Below, piece after piece: positions 1-8,776 of a stretch of DNA of 64,000 bases (position 1 is its first letter; each line of letters begins with the position of its first letter). The notes under the pieces were generated by a model, which saw only the letters and a program-made list of their open reading frames with translations, ran no database searches and was not told the origin of the DNA. The stretch is taken from positions 1-64,000 of the forward strand of contig JBFMCP010000007.1 in assembly GCA_040754455.1 (NCBI GenBank). The letters are read 5' to 3'. Made by a program: the position numbers and the translations under genes. The stretch comes from Nitrospirota bacterium. GTDB lineage: Bacteria; Nitrospirota; Thermodesulfovibrionia; Thermodesulfovibrionales; Dissulfurispiraceae.

Positions 1-72
1 AAGGATCATCCTTGGCGGAAGTTCAACATCAACCGCGACAAGCGAAAAGCCCCGCAGACGGCGGCGGCATAA
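1..72 (+). CDS. C-terminal fragment of an IS1202/ISNCY-type transposase (truncated by window start)
   Basis: Frame 1 reads KDHPWRKFNINRDKRKAPQTAAA-stop. The DHPWR motif is typical of the C-terminus of these transposases, and a terminal repeat follows immediately. Confidence 0.7.
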   Translation, partial: KDHPWRKFNINRDKRKAPQTAAA

Positions 73-124
73 ACCGGACATTTCTATTTTGGTAAAAACA
101 GGACATTTCTAAATTGGCTTGACA
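1..124 (+). mobile_element. Right end of an insertion sequence; terminal repeat at about 73-124
   Basis: Two direct copies of GGACATTTCTA (76-86, 101-111) and a terminus TTGACA (119-124; TGTCAA read inward), as in IS481/IS1202-like ends. Confidence 0.7.
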
Positions 125-141
125 GAAGCCGGCTGCGAATC

Positions 142-169
142 TTGACAACAATCTCAAATAGAGTACAAT
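142..169 (+). promoter_or_regulatory. Sigma70-like promoter with no convincing ORF downstream
   Basis: TTGACA (142-147), 16-nt spacer, TACAAT (164-169). Confidence 0.5.
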
Positions 170-174
170 TAGGT

Positions 175-352
175 AAGAACAATCCCTGTGCAAGATACAG
201 CAGTACAGTGCCGTCCCATAGAGGGCAGCCGGTTGAGCGATCTCCCGCCTCGTGAAGGGACGAGGAGGGGACTGTACGATTGCAGAGGTTACCGGTAGTG
301 CAGAAGAGCAGTACGGATATCCGCTGAATGCCGGTACGGCATATCCGCCTTT
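175..352 (+). ncRNA. Candidate structured non-coding RNA, family unknown
   Basis: Nested pairings CCTGTGCAA/TTGCAGAGG and GTACAGT/ACTGTAC, hairpin CCTCGT/ACGAGG, and a 3' hairpin GGATAT..CCG/CGG..ATATCC, directly behind the promoter. Confidence 0.25.
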
Positions 353-646
353 ATCATATAATCCTCACGTCTATCATTATCATACATCCCTCTCTGCACC
401 CGTGGCATCTTGACATAAGCGGTTAAATTAATTTATAAAATCCAGTTTATCACGTAGGGGTAAGAGTGGTCCCTCAGCAGCTGTTTTTTCCCCTGCTGCG
501 GGAGCACGTGGATCGGTCCTCTGACGTGCGGACAAAAATATTATTAAAGCGATATTGAAAGATGGTATACTGAATATCGTTCTTTCCAAAAAAGCCGAAG
601 CAGCGCCGTCGTATTGAGACCACTGAGCAAGGAGATGAGAGATACT

Positions 647-1750
647 ATGGGCAAAATTCGAATCGCGATCGCTGGTGTTGGTAACTGTGCGAGCTCTCTG
701 ATACAAGGTATCGAGCACTACCGTTCCTTACGGGAGGACAGCCCTGATCTCTCCCTCGGCCTGATGCACCATAACCTCGGCGGCTACCTGCCCGGCGATA
801 TCGAGGTGGTTGCCGCATTTGATATCGATGTGCGGAAAGTGAACAAGCCGCTGAAGGAAGCGGTCCTGGCGAAGCCGAATTGTACCGCTGTCTTCTATCC
901 GGATATGCCCGATTATCCTGTCACCGTTCAGATGGGAGAGGTGCTCGACGGCGTGGCGCCGCATATGGCTGATTATCCCGATGACCGGAGATTTATTGTC
1001 GCGGATGCACGGCCGTCCGATGTCGTGAAGGTGCTGAAGGAGAGCGGTGCCGATATGCTCCTCAACTATCTACCCGTCGGTTCGGAAGCGGCCACGAGGT
1101 ATTATGCGCAGGCATGTCTTGACGCAGGGGTCGCGATGGTCAACTGCATCCCCGTTTTCATCGCTTCGGACGACACATGGATACAGCGCTTCGAGGAGCG
1201 CGGTATCCCTCTGGTGGGCGACGACATCAAGGCGCAGATAGGCGCCACGATCGTTCACCGGGCGCTCACGAAATTGTTCATGGACCGGGGCGTGAAGATA
1301 CAGCATACCTACCAGCTGAATGTGGGGGGCAACACAGATTTTCTCAATATGCTGAACCACGGCAGGCTTAAATCGAAGAAGATATCGAAGACCGAGGCCG
1401 TGCAGTCGCAGCTTACGTATCAGCTCGCTCATGAGGACATCCACATCGGTCCCTCGGATTATGTGCCCTGGATGAATGACAATAAAGTGTGCTTTCTCAG
1501 AATCGAGGGAAAGGGCTTCGGCAATGTTCCTATGCATCTGGAGCTGAGACTCTCCGTGGAGGATTCGCCGAACAGCGCCGGTGTCGTCATCGATGCGATA
1601 CGGTGCTGCAAGATCGCTAAGGACAGGGGTATCGGCGGCGCACTCCTTTCTCCGTCTGCATTTTTCATGAAACATCCAAGGATACAGCTCTCGGATGAGG
1701 AAGCGCGGGACAGGGTGGAAGAGTTCATTCAGAACAAGAGGGAGCGATAG
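647..1750 (+). CDS. ino1: myo-inositol-1-phosphate synthase
   Basis: [14 protein letters not shown]ossmann start, [31 protein letters not shown] and VEDSPNSAG motifs. Confidence 0.95.
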   Translation: MGKIRIAIAGVGNCASSLIQGIEHYRSLREDSPDLSLGLMHHNLGGYLPGDIEVVAAFDIDVRKVNKPLKEAVLAKPNCTAVFYPDMPDYPVTVQMGEVLDGVAPHMADYPDDRRFIVADARPSDVVKVLKESGADMLLNYLPVGSEAATRYYAQACLDAGVAMVNCIPVFIASDDTWIQRFEERGIPLVGDDIKAQIGATIVHRALTKLFMDRGVKIQHTYQLNVGGNTDFLNMLNHGRLKSKKISKTEAVQSQLTYQLAHEDIHIGPSDYVPWMNDNKVCFLRIEGKGFGNVPMHLELRLSVEDSPNSAGVVIDAIRCCKIAKDRGIGGALLSPSAFFMKHPRIQLSDEEARDRVEEFIQNKRER

Positions 1751-2338
1751 TTGCTTAGTGCAAAGCTCGGGCACTTCCTTGATAAGCCCCTTGCTCCGCT
1801 TGCAAAGCGGATATCCCTGAGCCCCAATAGTCTCAGCATTATCGGCTTTCTGATTACCACTGTCGCTGCGGTGACGATTCCCTTTTCGATCAGAACCGGC
1901 GGATTGCTCATCCTGCTCGGCGGTTTTTTTGATATGCTCGACGGCATTGTTGCCCGCACCAACGGGAAAAACACCCTCTTCGGCGCTTTTCTCGATTCGA
2001 CGCTCGACCGGTATTCCGATGCATTCATCTTTCTTGCCGTGGCGTGGTCTTTCTTCGAACAGGGGGCACTCTCGGCAATGCTTTTGACACTGGGCAGCCT
2101 TATCGGTGCGCTGCTGGTGAGCTATGTAAGGGCCCGGGCCGAAGGCATCGGCATCGAGTGCCATCTCGGGCTGATGGAGCGGCCCGAGCGTGTCGTCCTT
2201 TTGGCGACCGGCTGTATTATTACCGGTTGGCTTCCTTCTATTATGGTGCTGCTCTTCATTTTCAGTCACCTTACGGTGTTGCAGCGCATTGTCCACGTCA
2301 ATAAAACGATCAAATATTCCTCCGCAAAGCACAAATAG
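1751..2338 (+). CDS. CDP-alcohol phosphatidyltransferase, phosphatidylinositol-phosphate synthase type
   Basis: DMLDGIVAR...GAFLDSTLDRYSD signature, SYVRARAEG and ERPER motifs; TTG start abuts the ino1 stop. Confidence 0.85.
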   Translation: MLSAKLGHFLDKPLAPLAKRISLSPNSLSIIGFLITTVAAVTIPFSIRTGGLLILLGGFFDMLDGIVARTNGKNTLFGAFLDSTLDRYSDAFIFLAVAWSFFEQGALSAMLLTLGSLIGALLVSYVRARAEGIGIECHLGLMERPERVVLLATGCIITGWLPSIMVLLFIFSHLTVLQRIVHVNKTIKYSSAKHK

Positions 2339-2453
2339 CAGATCCGTTGTTCCGCCGCCTTTACCTACCTGCGCCTCCTCCCTGCTTTGATGCGGTTGCC
2401 CTCGGTGATCCCCTTTAGCTATACGTGGTATTCACGATAATAGGTATACAGAT

Positions 2454-2627
2454 ATGTCCGGGGGGATGCACGTGCAGAAGATACGTCGTGATGAAGCCGG
2501 ACCTTCAATGGTCATTGCGTTTACCGTAAGGGGTAAGGACGGCAATATTCTCTTCACGAAAAGGTTGAGCTCACGGAGCGGTCTTATCGGAAAGGGCTCT
2601 CCAATGAGGCGGCGGTTGAAGGGCTGA
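2454..2627 (+). CDS. Possible 57-aa hypothetical protein
   Basis: ORF MSGGMHVQKIRRDEAGPSMVIAFTVRGKDGNILFTKRL... fills an otherwise empty 390-bp gap; below the ORF-track cutoff; no recognisable motif. Confidence 0.25.
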   Translation: MSGGMHVQKIRRDEAGPSMVIAFTVRGKDGNILFTKRLSSRSGLIGKGSPMRRRLKG

Positions 2628-2729
2628 GAACATGAGCGGGAACGCAGTTCGCCACCCCTGATGGTCAAGGTATTCCTTGATATATTAAGAGAAAGTCAAA
2701 TGTGATATACTTATGACAAAGGAGGGGGA

Positions 2730-3128
2730 ATGGATCCAAACTTGTTGAATATAGGATTTATTATTCTGATACTCGGCGTGCTGGCCGCGCTCGGCGTCCT
2801 CATCTATGCTGTTATGGAAATACGACGGCTGGCCGTAACCCTGAACGAATTCATCAAGGGCACTGAAGAAAAGCTCTACCCTGTGCTCGAAGAGACCGAA
2901 CTGTCGCTCAGGAGCTTCAGGAAGATCAGCGACGATGCGAGCAGGGTTACCGAGAATATCCGCAATCTCTCCGATGCCGCCCAGGATATCGTGACCAATG
3001 TAAGGGCGCTCAGCAGTGTCGTTAATTATGTGGGAGAGGGTGCGTCAATGAGGGTATCGGGAGTAAAGGCCGGCTTGAAAACAGCACTCAGTGTTTTGAT
3101 ACGTCAGATCAGAGAAAGGAGGATATGA
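2730..3128 (+). CDS. DUF948 (YoxC-like) membrane-anchored coiled-coil protein
   Basis: N-terminal TM helix plus coiled coil, strong RBS AAGGAGG, usual pairing with YtxH. Confidence 0.8.
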   Translation: MDPNLLNIGFIILILGVLAALGVLIYAVMEIRRLAVTLNEFIKGTEEKLYPVLEETELSLRSFRKISDDASRVTENIRNLSDAAQDIVTNVRALSSVVNYVGEGASMRVSGVKAGLKTALSVLIRQIRERRI

Positions 3129-3129
3129 T

Positions 3130-3438
3130 ATGAGAGACGAAGAAGGCTTCAGTTCGGGATCGGTACTGCTGTCGTTCCTTTTAGGGGGGATGGTGGGAGC
3201 CGGCCTTGCCTTGCTCCTTGCTCCCCAGTCAGGCCCTGAGACAAGGAAAAAAATAAGGGAATTTGCCGATGATGTGAAGGAGAAGACCACTGACTACATG
3301 AGCCAGGCAAAGGAAAAGGTCACCTCAACGGTCGAGAAGGGCAAGGATTTTTTTGAAGAGAAGAAATCGGTAATCGCCGCCGCAATTGATGCCGGCAAAG
3401 AGGCATATCAGAGAGAAGTGCATAAGCCGCAGTCATAG
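3130..3438 (+). CDS. YtxH domain protein
   Basis: FLLGGMVGAGLALLLAPQSGPETRKKI signature. Confidence 0.9.
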   Translation: MRDEEGFSSGSVLLSFLLGGMVGAGLALLLAPQSGPETRKKIREFADDVKEKTTDYMSQAKEKVTSTVEKGKDFFEEKKSVIAAAIDAGKEAYQREVHKPQS

Positions 3439-3457
3439 CACTTTTGACTCTTTTCCG

Positions 3458-3492
3458 AAGACCTCCGGGATGGTCTCCGGAGGTCTTTTTTT
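3458..3492 (+). terminator. Rho-independent terminator
   Basis: AAGACCTCCGG / CCGGAGGTCTT stem followed by a T-run. Confidence 0.85.
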
Positions 3493-3523
3493 GTGTGCGG
3501 TAGAGATGCGGATAATATAAACT

Positions 3524-3988
3524 ATGACGATGGACAAGATGCGTTCGGACAGCGACTTCATGCGTCTCGCACTGGAAGAGGCGGAACAGGCCTTTAAGGA
3601 AGGCGAAGTGCCTGTCGGCGCGGTGCTGGTGATCGATGGCGAGATTGTTGCTTCCGCACACAACAGGAGAGAGGCTACTTTTGATCCGACTGCCCATGCG
3701 GAGACGATGGCGCTACGGGAGGGCGCGCTGAAGATCAGAAACTGGCGCCTCACCAATGCCACGCTCTATGTCACCAAAGAGCCCTGCATCATGTGCGCAG
3801 GCGTTATGATTAATGCCCGCTTGGGCAGGCTTGTCTACGGCTGCGGCGACACCAAAAGCGGGGCGGTTGACAGCCTCTACCACCTGCTCGCCGATAAACG
3901 GCTCAATCACCAAGTCGAGGTGGTTTCAGGGGTGCTGGAAGAAGAAAGTACCTTGTTATTGAAGAGCTTTTTCCAAAAACTCCGGTAA
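3524..3988 (+). CDS. tadA: tRNA adenosine(34) deaminase
   Basis: GEVPVGAV, DPTAHAE and EPCIMCAG zinc-deaminase motifs. Confidence 0.93.
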   Translation: MTMDKMRSDSDFMRLALEEAEQAFKEGEVPVGAVLVIDGEIVASAHNRREATFDPTAHAETMALREGALKIRNWRLTNATLYVTKEPCIMCAGVMINARLGRLVYGCGDTKSGAVDSLYHLLADKRLNHQVEVVSGVLEEESTLLLKSFFQKLR

Positions 3989-4074
3989 CCCGCCCGTCTC
4001 CCGGCTCAATGAATGAGCACGTTGCTCCGATAATAAAACGAGCATAATTATTTTGAAGCCTTGCATTTTTAGCA

Positions 4075-4965
4075 ATGAAAATACTGATCGCCGATACAGC
4101 GAAAGAGACCAAGGCTATTCTGGGCAGAATCCTCGAGGATGAAGGATACACCTACTGCTACGTCGAGAATAGCTGCGATATCATCAACAGAGTCTATAAC
4201 GAAAATCCCGATATTATTTTCCTCTCCACCCACCTCTCTGATCACTGCAGCCTTAGGATTCTGGAAAAGATGAAGTCGGCGCCGTCAACGAGAGAGGTGC
4301 CCGTGATCCTTATCGGCACGAAGCGGGCGCACAAGACGCTGGCAAAAGGGTATCAGCTCGGTGCCTACGATTATATCTCCATGCCCTATTTCAAGGAGGA
4401 GGTGCTCGCACGGCTCAGGAATATTATGTACATCAGGACAAAGACAAAGGAGCTTGAGTCCATGATGGACAGGGATTACCTGACCGGCCTCTATAATCGC
4501 AAGTTCTTCATGGACAGGATGGTCGAGGAGCTATCATGGTCGGTAAACTACCACGAGCCCCTTTCCCTGATGATGCTCGACATCGATTATTTTAAAAGGA
4601 TCAATGATTCCTACGGCCATCGCTGCGGCGATGAGGTGCTGGGAAAGCTCGCCCAGGTCCTGTTGTCCACCATGAGGAAAGAGGACGTGATCGGACGGTA
4701 CGGCGGGGAGGAATTCATTGTCCTCATGTCGAATACGGACAGCGCAACTGCTACTGCATCGGGCGAGCGGGTGAGAAAGGCAGTCATGGACGGAAAATTC
4801 TATTGTGACGAGTCGGACTTGATTCCTGTAACGGTGAGCATCGGCGTGACGATATTCAATGAAATAATGGAAATTTCTCCTGATGTCCTTATCGGACAGG
4901 CCGACAGCGCCCTCTACGCAGCGAAAGAGGGGGGGAGAAACAGAGTCTGTCTATTCAGACCGTAG
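4075..4965 (+). CDS. Diguanylate cyclase with degenerate receiver domain
   Basis: REC-like N-terminus; DYLTGLYNR, DIDYFKRINDSYGH, RKED I-site, GGEEF. Confidence 0.9.
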   Translation: MKILIADTAKETKAILGRILEDEGYTYCYVENSCDIINRVYNENPDIIFLSTHLSDHCSLRILEKMKSAPSTREVPVILIGTKRAHKTLAKGYQLGAYDYISMPYFKEEVLARLRNIMYIRTKTKELESMMDRDYLTGLYNRKFFMDRMVEELSWSVNYHEPLSLMMLDIDYFKRINDSYGHRCGDEVLGKLAQVLLSTMRKEDVIGRYGGEEFIVLMSNTDSATATASGERVRKAVMDGKFYCDESDLIPVTVSIGVTIFNEIMEISPDVLIGQADSALYAAKEGGRNRVCLFRP

Positions 4966-4968
4966 CCG

Positions 4969-6438
4969 CTACTCCCAGTCGAGCAGCCGTTTTTGGCCGG
5001 TCAGCTTGCGGATATCTGTCGCATCCTGCACTATTTCGAGCGTTCCCTTGTACGTGCGATCAGCATCGCGGACGGCGAAATACCTTATGTAGATGAACCT
5101 GCCTTTCATCTCTATCCAGAAATCGGCGACGTCCCGGGTGCCTGCCCTGAATTCATCGATGATCTTCTGCACCATGTGCAGGCTCTTGGGAGGGTGGCAA
5201 TTCTGGACCTTGCGGCCGATGACGCCGGGGCTCCGCGGAAAAATCTTGTCCTTTACCTGGGAGTAGTACCTCACCTCATCATGTTCATCAACGAACGAGA
5301 TCTCAACTGGCAGATGTGTCAGGATCAGGTTGACCTGCTCGGGGCTCAGGGCTCCCGTGTCGAGATTCAGCGTGACCGGTTCTCCGGCTGCCTGCTCGGG
5401 ACGGGGAACGAGAGTGTCGCCGGAGATCCATCCTTCCTCAGGCGTGACCCAGGCATACCCGATCTCATCCTCTCCCCGCCTGACCTTTTGCCAATCCGCA
5501 TCCGACAGTGTTTCCATTGCCATAGGGAAGAGGATATGTTCCTCTTTGTAGATCATATCGCCGATTGCCTTGAGCAGCTCCCGGATGGTGGCGAGTGCTT
5601 CCGAGCCTTCCATAGCAGCGAGCTGGGACTTTGCCTTTTTTAACGCATCACGTATATCATCGTGGATCGCCCACATGACCTCAGTAGGTCCCTTGATATG
5701 GTGAGCTTCGAGAAGTGGAAAAAGCTGGTTTTCCTTTCTCAGATAATGCAGGTTAATCTCTGAGAGGCGCTCCATGAGCTCTTCGAGGTTCCCTCGATAC
5801 CATTTGAAAAATTCCTGTTCGCCTGCATCGCAGATTTTGTCGAGGATGACAGCGACTTCGCTGATGATCTCTTCAGCAGCTCTGTTCTCGAGCATAAAGG
5901 TATGTACCGGATGGCCGGGGGGTGCCAGTGGCGCACCTTTCCTGTCGAGGGATTCTTTGAAGACTTCCACATGCACGTCGCAGAGGCGTTTGATCTCGGA
6001 TTCTGGCATGCCCTCTTCGATCAGGTTCTGCTCCATCCTGGCGATTTCGGAGGGGTCGATATCCTTGACGAGGTCGTGAAAGCGCTGTTTCAGGATTGCC
6101 ATATCCACACCTTTATGGAGATCACGTATAATGCCTTTGAGTACCTCCTGCCGGGCCTCCACATCTGTTGAAGGTGCAGTCTCGGCGCCGTCTCTGCTGA
6201 CTACTACCTCTTCGCCGGTCTTTGTGGTGATCTCACTGGCAATGCCCGAAAGGAGACGATCAAGGTCGACGCTGCCGATGGCAGCTGCCTGGGAGAGGGT
6301 GGCCATTTTGCCGACCGTCTTTCTCATAAGAGTGCTCTGCAGCAACTTGAATTGGGGTGATTGGCTGAGAAAGAAGTCGAGCAGAAAAGGGTACTTGTTC
6401 AACAGATCGTCTATCTTGGTCCTCGGGCTCAACTCCAT
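4969..6438 (-). CDS. DUF1858/DUF438 hemerythrin-like and PAS domain protein
   Basis: LCDVH, GHPVHTF, HYLRKENQLFP, KEEHILFP and C-terminal GRKVQNCHPPKS. Confidence 0.88.
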   Translation of the reverse strand: MELSPRTKIDDLLNKYPFLLDFFLSQSPQFKLLQSTLMRKTVGKMATLSQAAAIGSVDLDRLLSGIASEITTKTGEEVVVSRDGAETAPSTDVEARQEVLKGIIRDLHKGVDMAILKQRFHDLVKDIDPSEIARMEQNLIEEGMPESEIKRLCDVHVEVFKESLDRKGAPLAPPGHPVHTFMLENRAAEEIISEVAVILDKICDAGEQEFFKWYRGNLEELMERLSEINLHYLRKENQLFPLLEAHHIKGPTEVMWAIHDDIRDALKKAKSQLAAMEGSEALATIRELLKAIGDMIYKEEHILFPMAMETLSDADWQKVRRGEDEIGYAWVTPEEGWISGDTLVPRPEQAAGEPVTLNLDTGALSPEQVNLILTHLPVEISFVDEHDEVRYYSQVKDKIFPRSPGVIGRKVQNCHPPKSLHMVQKIIDEFRAGTRDVADFWIEMKGRFIYIRYFAVRDADRTYKGTLEIVQDATDIRKLTGQKRLLDWE

Positions 6439-6468
6439 AGCAGACCTCCTCTTTTAGGAATTTCTAAG

Positions 6469-7221
6469 TTATACGGCCACCTTTTTATAATTGAGCACCT
6501 CACCTCTGGTGCTGATAACAATATTGTTGATGGGGATATTCTTTCCTGCTATGGCCAGTCCGCGCTCTACGATGAGCGGCAGCCGTGAGCAGCAGGGGAC
6601 CTCCATGGTAAGCACGGTGACGCTCTTGATATCGGCGGTCCTGAAGATATCGGCGAACTTCTGTATGTACTCATCGGCGTTGTCGAATTTCGGACACCCG
6701 ATCATCACTACCTTGTCCTTGAGAAATTCACCGTGAAAGTTCGGGTACGCTACGGGGGTGCAGTCGGCAGCAACGAGCAGGTGTGCGCCTCTGAGGAACG
6801 GCGCTGTCGGGGGCACCAGTCTGATCTGGACGGGCCAGTGTGACAGTGCTGATGTCGCACATGACTGTGATGCGGGCCTGTTTGCTTCGGCGCAGGGTGA
6901 AACAGTGAAGGTCTGTATGCGAGCTGATGGACAACCACTGTGAACGGGAGTCTCAGCCGCTTTCTTCTCGTTCTGCTCTTTCTGTTTCAGATACTGCTCA
7001 ACCGCATGCTCATCAAACGCTTCTGCTTCGCGCTCAACGATCTTCAATGCTCCCTGCGGGCACCCGAGACAGGCACCCAGTCCGTCACAGTATATTTCAG
7101 AAACCAGACGGGCCTTGCCGTCGATGATTTTGAGCGCTCCCTCTGCACAATCGGTGACGCACTGTCCGCATCCGTTACAGAGGTCTTCATTGATTTCGAT
7201 GATCTTTCTTCTGCTTTTCAT
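6469..7221 (-). CDS. 4Fe-4S ferredoxin-domain protein of the type found in Hcp/NO-stress regulons
   Basis: CNGCGQCVTDC, YCDGLGACLGCP, WPVQIRLV, GCPKFD, MEVPCC. Confidence 0.88.
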   Translation of the reverse strand: MKSRRKIIEINEDLCNGCGQCVTDCAEGALKIIDGKARLVSEIYCDGLGACLGCPQGALKIVEREAEAFDEHAVEQYLKQKEQNEKKAAETPVHSGCPSARIQTFTVSPCAEANRPASQSCATSALSHWPVQIRLVPPTAPFLRGAHLLVAADCTPVAYPNFHGEFLKDKVVMIGCPKFDNADEYIQKFADIFRTADIKSVTVLTMEVPCCSRLPLIVERGLAIAGKNIPINNIVISTRGEVLNYKKVAV

Positions 7222-7315
7222 GGTGTTCCTCCTGATTAATTTAATTATACGACATCACTGTCGATTCGTAAGACTGCAGCCCGATCGTCTTCTGCCGCAT
7301 GCTGTTCTTAGTATC

Positions 7316-7357
7316 ATTGTATCAGGGCGGTGGCAGGAGCTCCTTGACTTAAATCAA
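7316..7357 (-). promoter_or_regulatory. Class II Crp/Fnr-activated promoter
   Basis: TTGAC-TTAA-ATCAA box (7344-7357) and minus-strand extended -10 TGATACAAT (7324-7316); box centre falls at -41.5. Confidence 0.8.
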
Positions 7358-7462
7358 CAAACTGAAATAGTTATAAGCTGCTGTTTTCCTGTAAAAAAAG
7401 AGGGGCCGTTTTTTTTGACATCTCCGCGGCAAACGTGGTATTAAAAATGATGGAGGAAAATA

Positions 7463-8149
7463 ATGAGCATTATTGATCTTGTTGCCGCTGTTCCGCTCTT
7501 TCACGGCTTGCGAAAGGAGCAGCTTGAAGAAGTAACGGATATCCTTGTGGACCAGACCTTCGGGAAGGGGCAGGGGATATTTTCAGAAGGTGAGGAAGCA
7601 GCAGGTTTCTATGTGGTTATCTCGGGTAGGGTAAAGATATTCAAACTCTCCTCAGAGGGCAAAGAACAGATTCTTCATTTTGTAGCGCCCGGCGAGGCCT
7701 TCGGCGAGGTGCCCATGTTTGCCGGCGGACGCTTCCCTGCCCATTCCGAAGCGATTGAGAAGAGCCGCATCTTCTTTTTCCCCCGTGCTGTCTTTCTCGA
7801 ATTGATCAAGAAAGATCCTTCGCTCGCCATGAATATGCTCGCCGATCTTTCGAAGCGGCTGCGGCAATTTACCCGTCTTGTTGAGGAACTGTCGCTGAAG
7901 GAGGTTCCGGGGAGACTGGCCGCTTATCTCCTCTATCTGAGCGAGCGCGAAAACGGCTCGGGCGACCTTGAGCTGACGATCACGAAAGGCCAACTGGCGA
8001 GCCTTCTCGGTACCATACCGGAGACTATTTCGAGAATTCTCGGCAAGATGAGCAGTCAGGAGATCATACAGGTACAGGGACGCCGGATTACCATACTGGA
8101 CCGTCAGGCACTGGAAGAGCTCTCCGAGGGAGGGAAGTTTCTCGTCTGA
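7463..8149 (+). CDS. Crp/Fnr family regulator (HcpR/Dnr-like)
   Basis: cNMP-binding fold (GKEQILH, GEAFGE) and HTH LASLLGTIPETISR; no Fnr-type cysteines. Confidence 0.92.
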   Translation: MSIIDLVAAVPLFHGLRKEQLEEVTDILVDQTFGKGQGIFSEGEEAAGFYVVISGRVKIFKLSSEGKEQILHFVAPGEAFGEVPMFAGGRFPAHSEAIEKSRIFFFPRAVFLELIKKDPSLAMNMLADLSKRLRQFTRLVEELSLKEVPGRLAAYLLYLSERENGSGDLELTITKGQLASLLGTIPETISRILGKMSSQEIIQVQGRRITILDRQALEELSEGGKFLV

Positions 8150-8354
8150 AACGGAGATCGATGCCCTGAATTAATATAAACAGCGCTGGTACCGCCACAG
8201 CACTCTGTCGTTAGCCGCACTGCGGCGGCTGGTTCCCTGAGCATGAGTGATCTCCCGAAAGGCCTTTCGCCACAGAGAGGCAACAGGAAAAGAACCTCAC
8301 CACAATTCGGCTCTGCGTTACGCTTTTTGAGGATTTACGCTGCACATTGCCTTG

Positions 8355-8519
8355 TCATATTCTTCCTCTTCTGCCGAAAAGCAGCGATGCCAGAAAGAGG
8401 ACTAAAAAGATGACAAAGAGCACTTTTGCGATCCATGCTGCAGTACCTGCAACTCCGGTAAAGCCGAATATACCGGCCACAATAGCGACGATCAGGAAAA
8501 TAATTGCCCATGAAAGCAT
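8355..8519 (-). CDS. DUF1328 (YtjA-like) small membrane protein, 54 aa
   Basis: [54 protein letters not shown] with RBS AAGGAGGT; missed by the ORF track. Confidence 0.92.
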   Translation of the reverse strand: MLSWAIIFLIVAIVAGIFGFTGVAGTAAWIAKVLFVIFLVLFLASLLFGRRGRI

Positions 8520-8776
8520 ATGTCTTACCTCCTTGCGATAGTAGCGGAACGGTCATTGTTCCTTTTCAGGTACCGTGCTGTCCGCTGTCGGAGACGCCGG
8601 ATAAAAATGTAGAGAGGAAACGGTGGCGCCTCGTGCGCGGTGTTTTGGTTCCCAAGAAATCGCTTCGACGTTGTTTGAGAATGGAGCAGCGGCTATGCGC
8701 TGCGGCCTGTTTGAATGGATTGTTTAATTGTTGTTTTCTCTTCCTGATTCAGTTATATCAAATGAGGTATACATTG

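Noticed and set aside
1070..2332. 420-aa minus-strand ORF
   Set aside because: Antisense shadow of ino1 and the PIP synthase gene; no motifs.
8160..8340. Several hairpins including CGAAAGGCCTTTCG
   Set aside because: Lies between convergent genes, matches no RNA family I recognise, and is adequately explained as termination structure.
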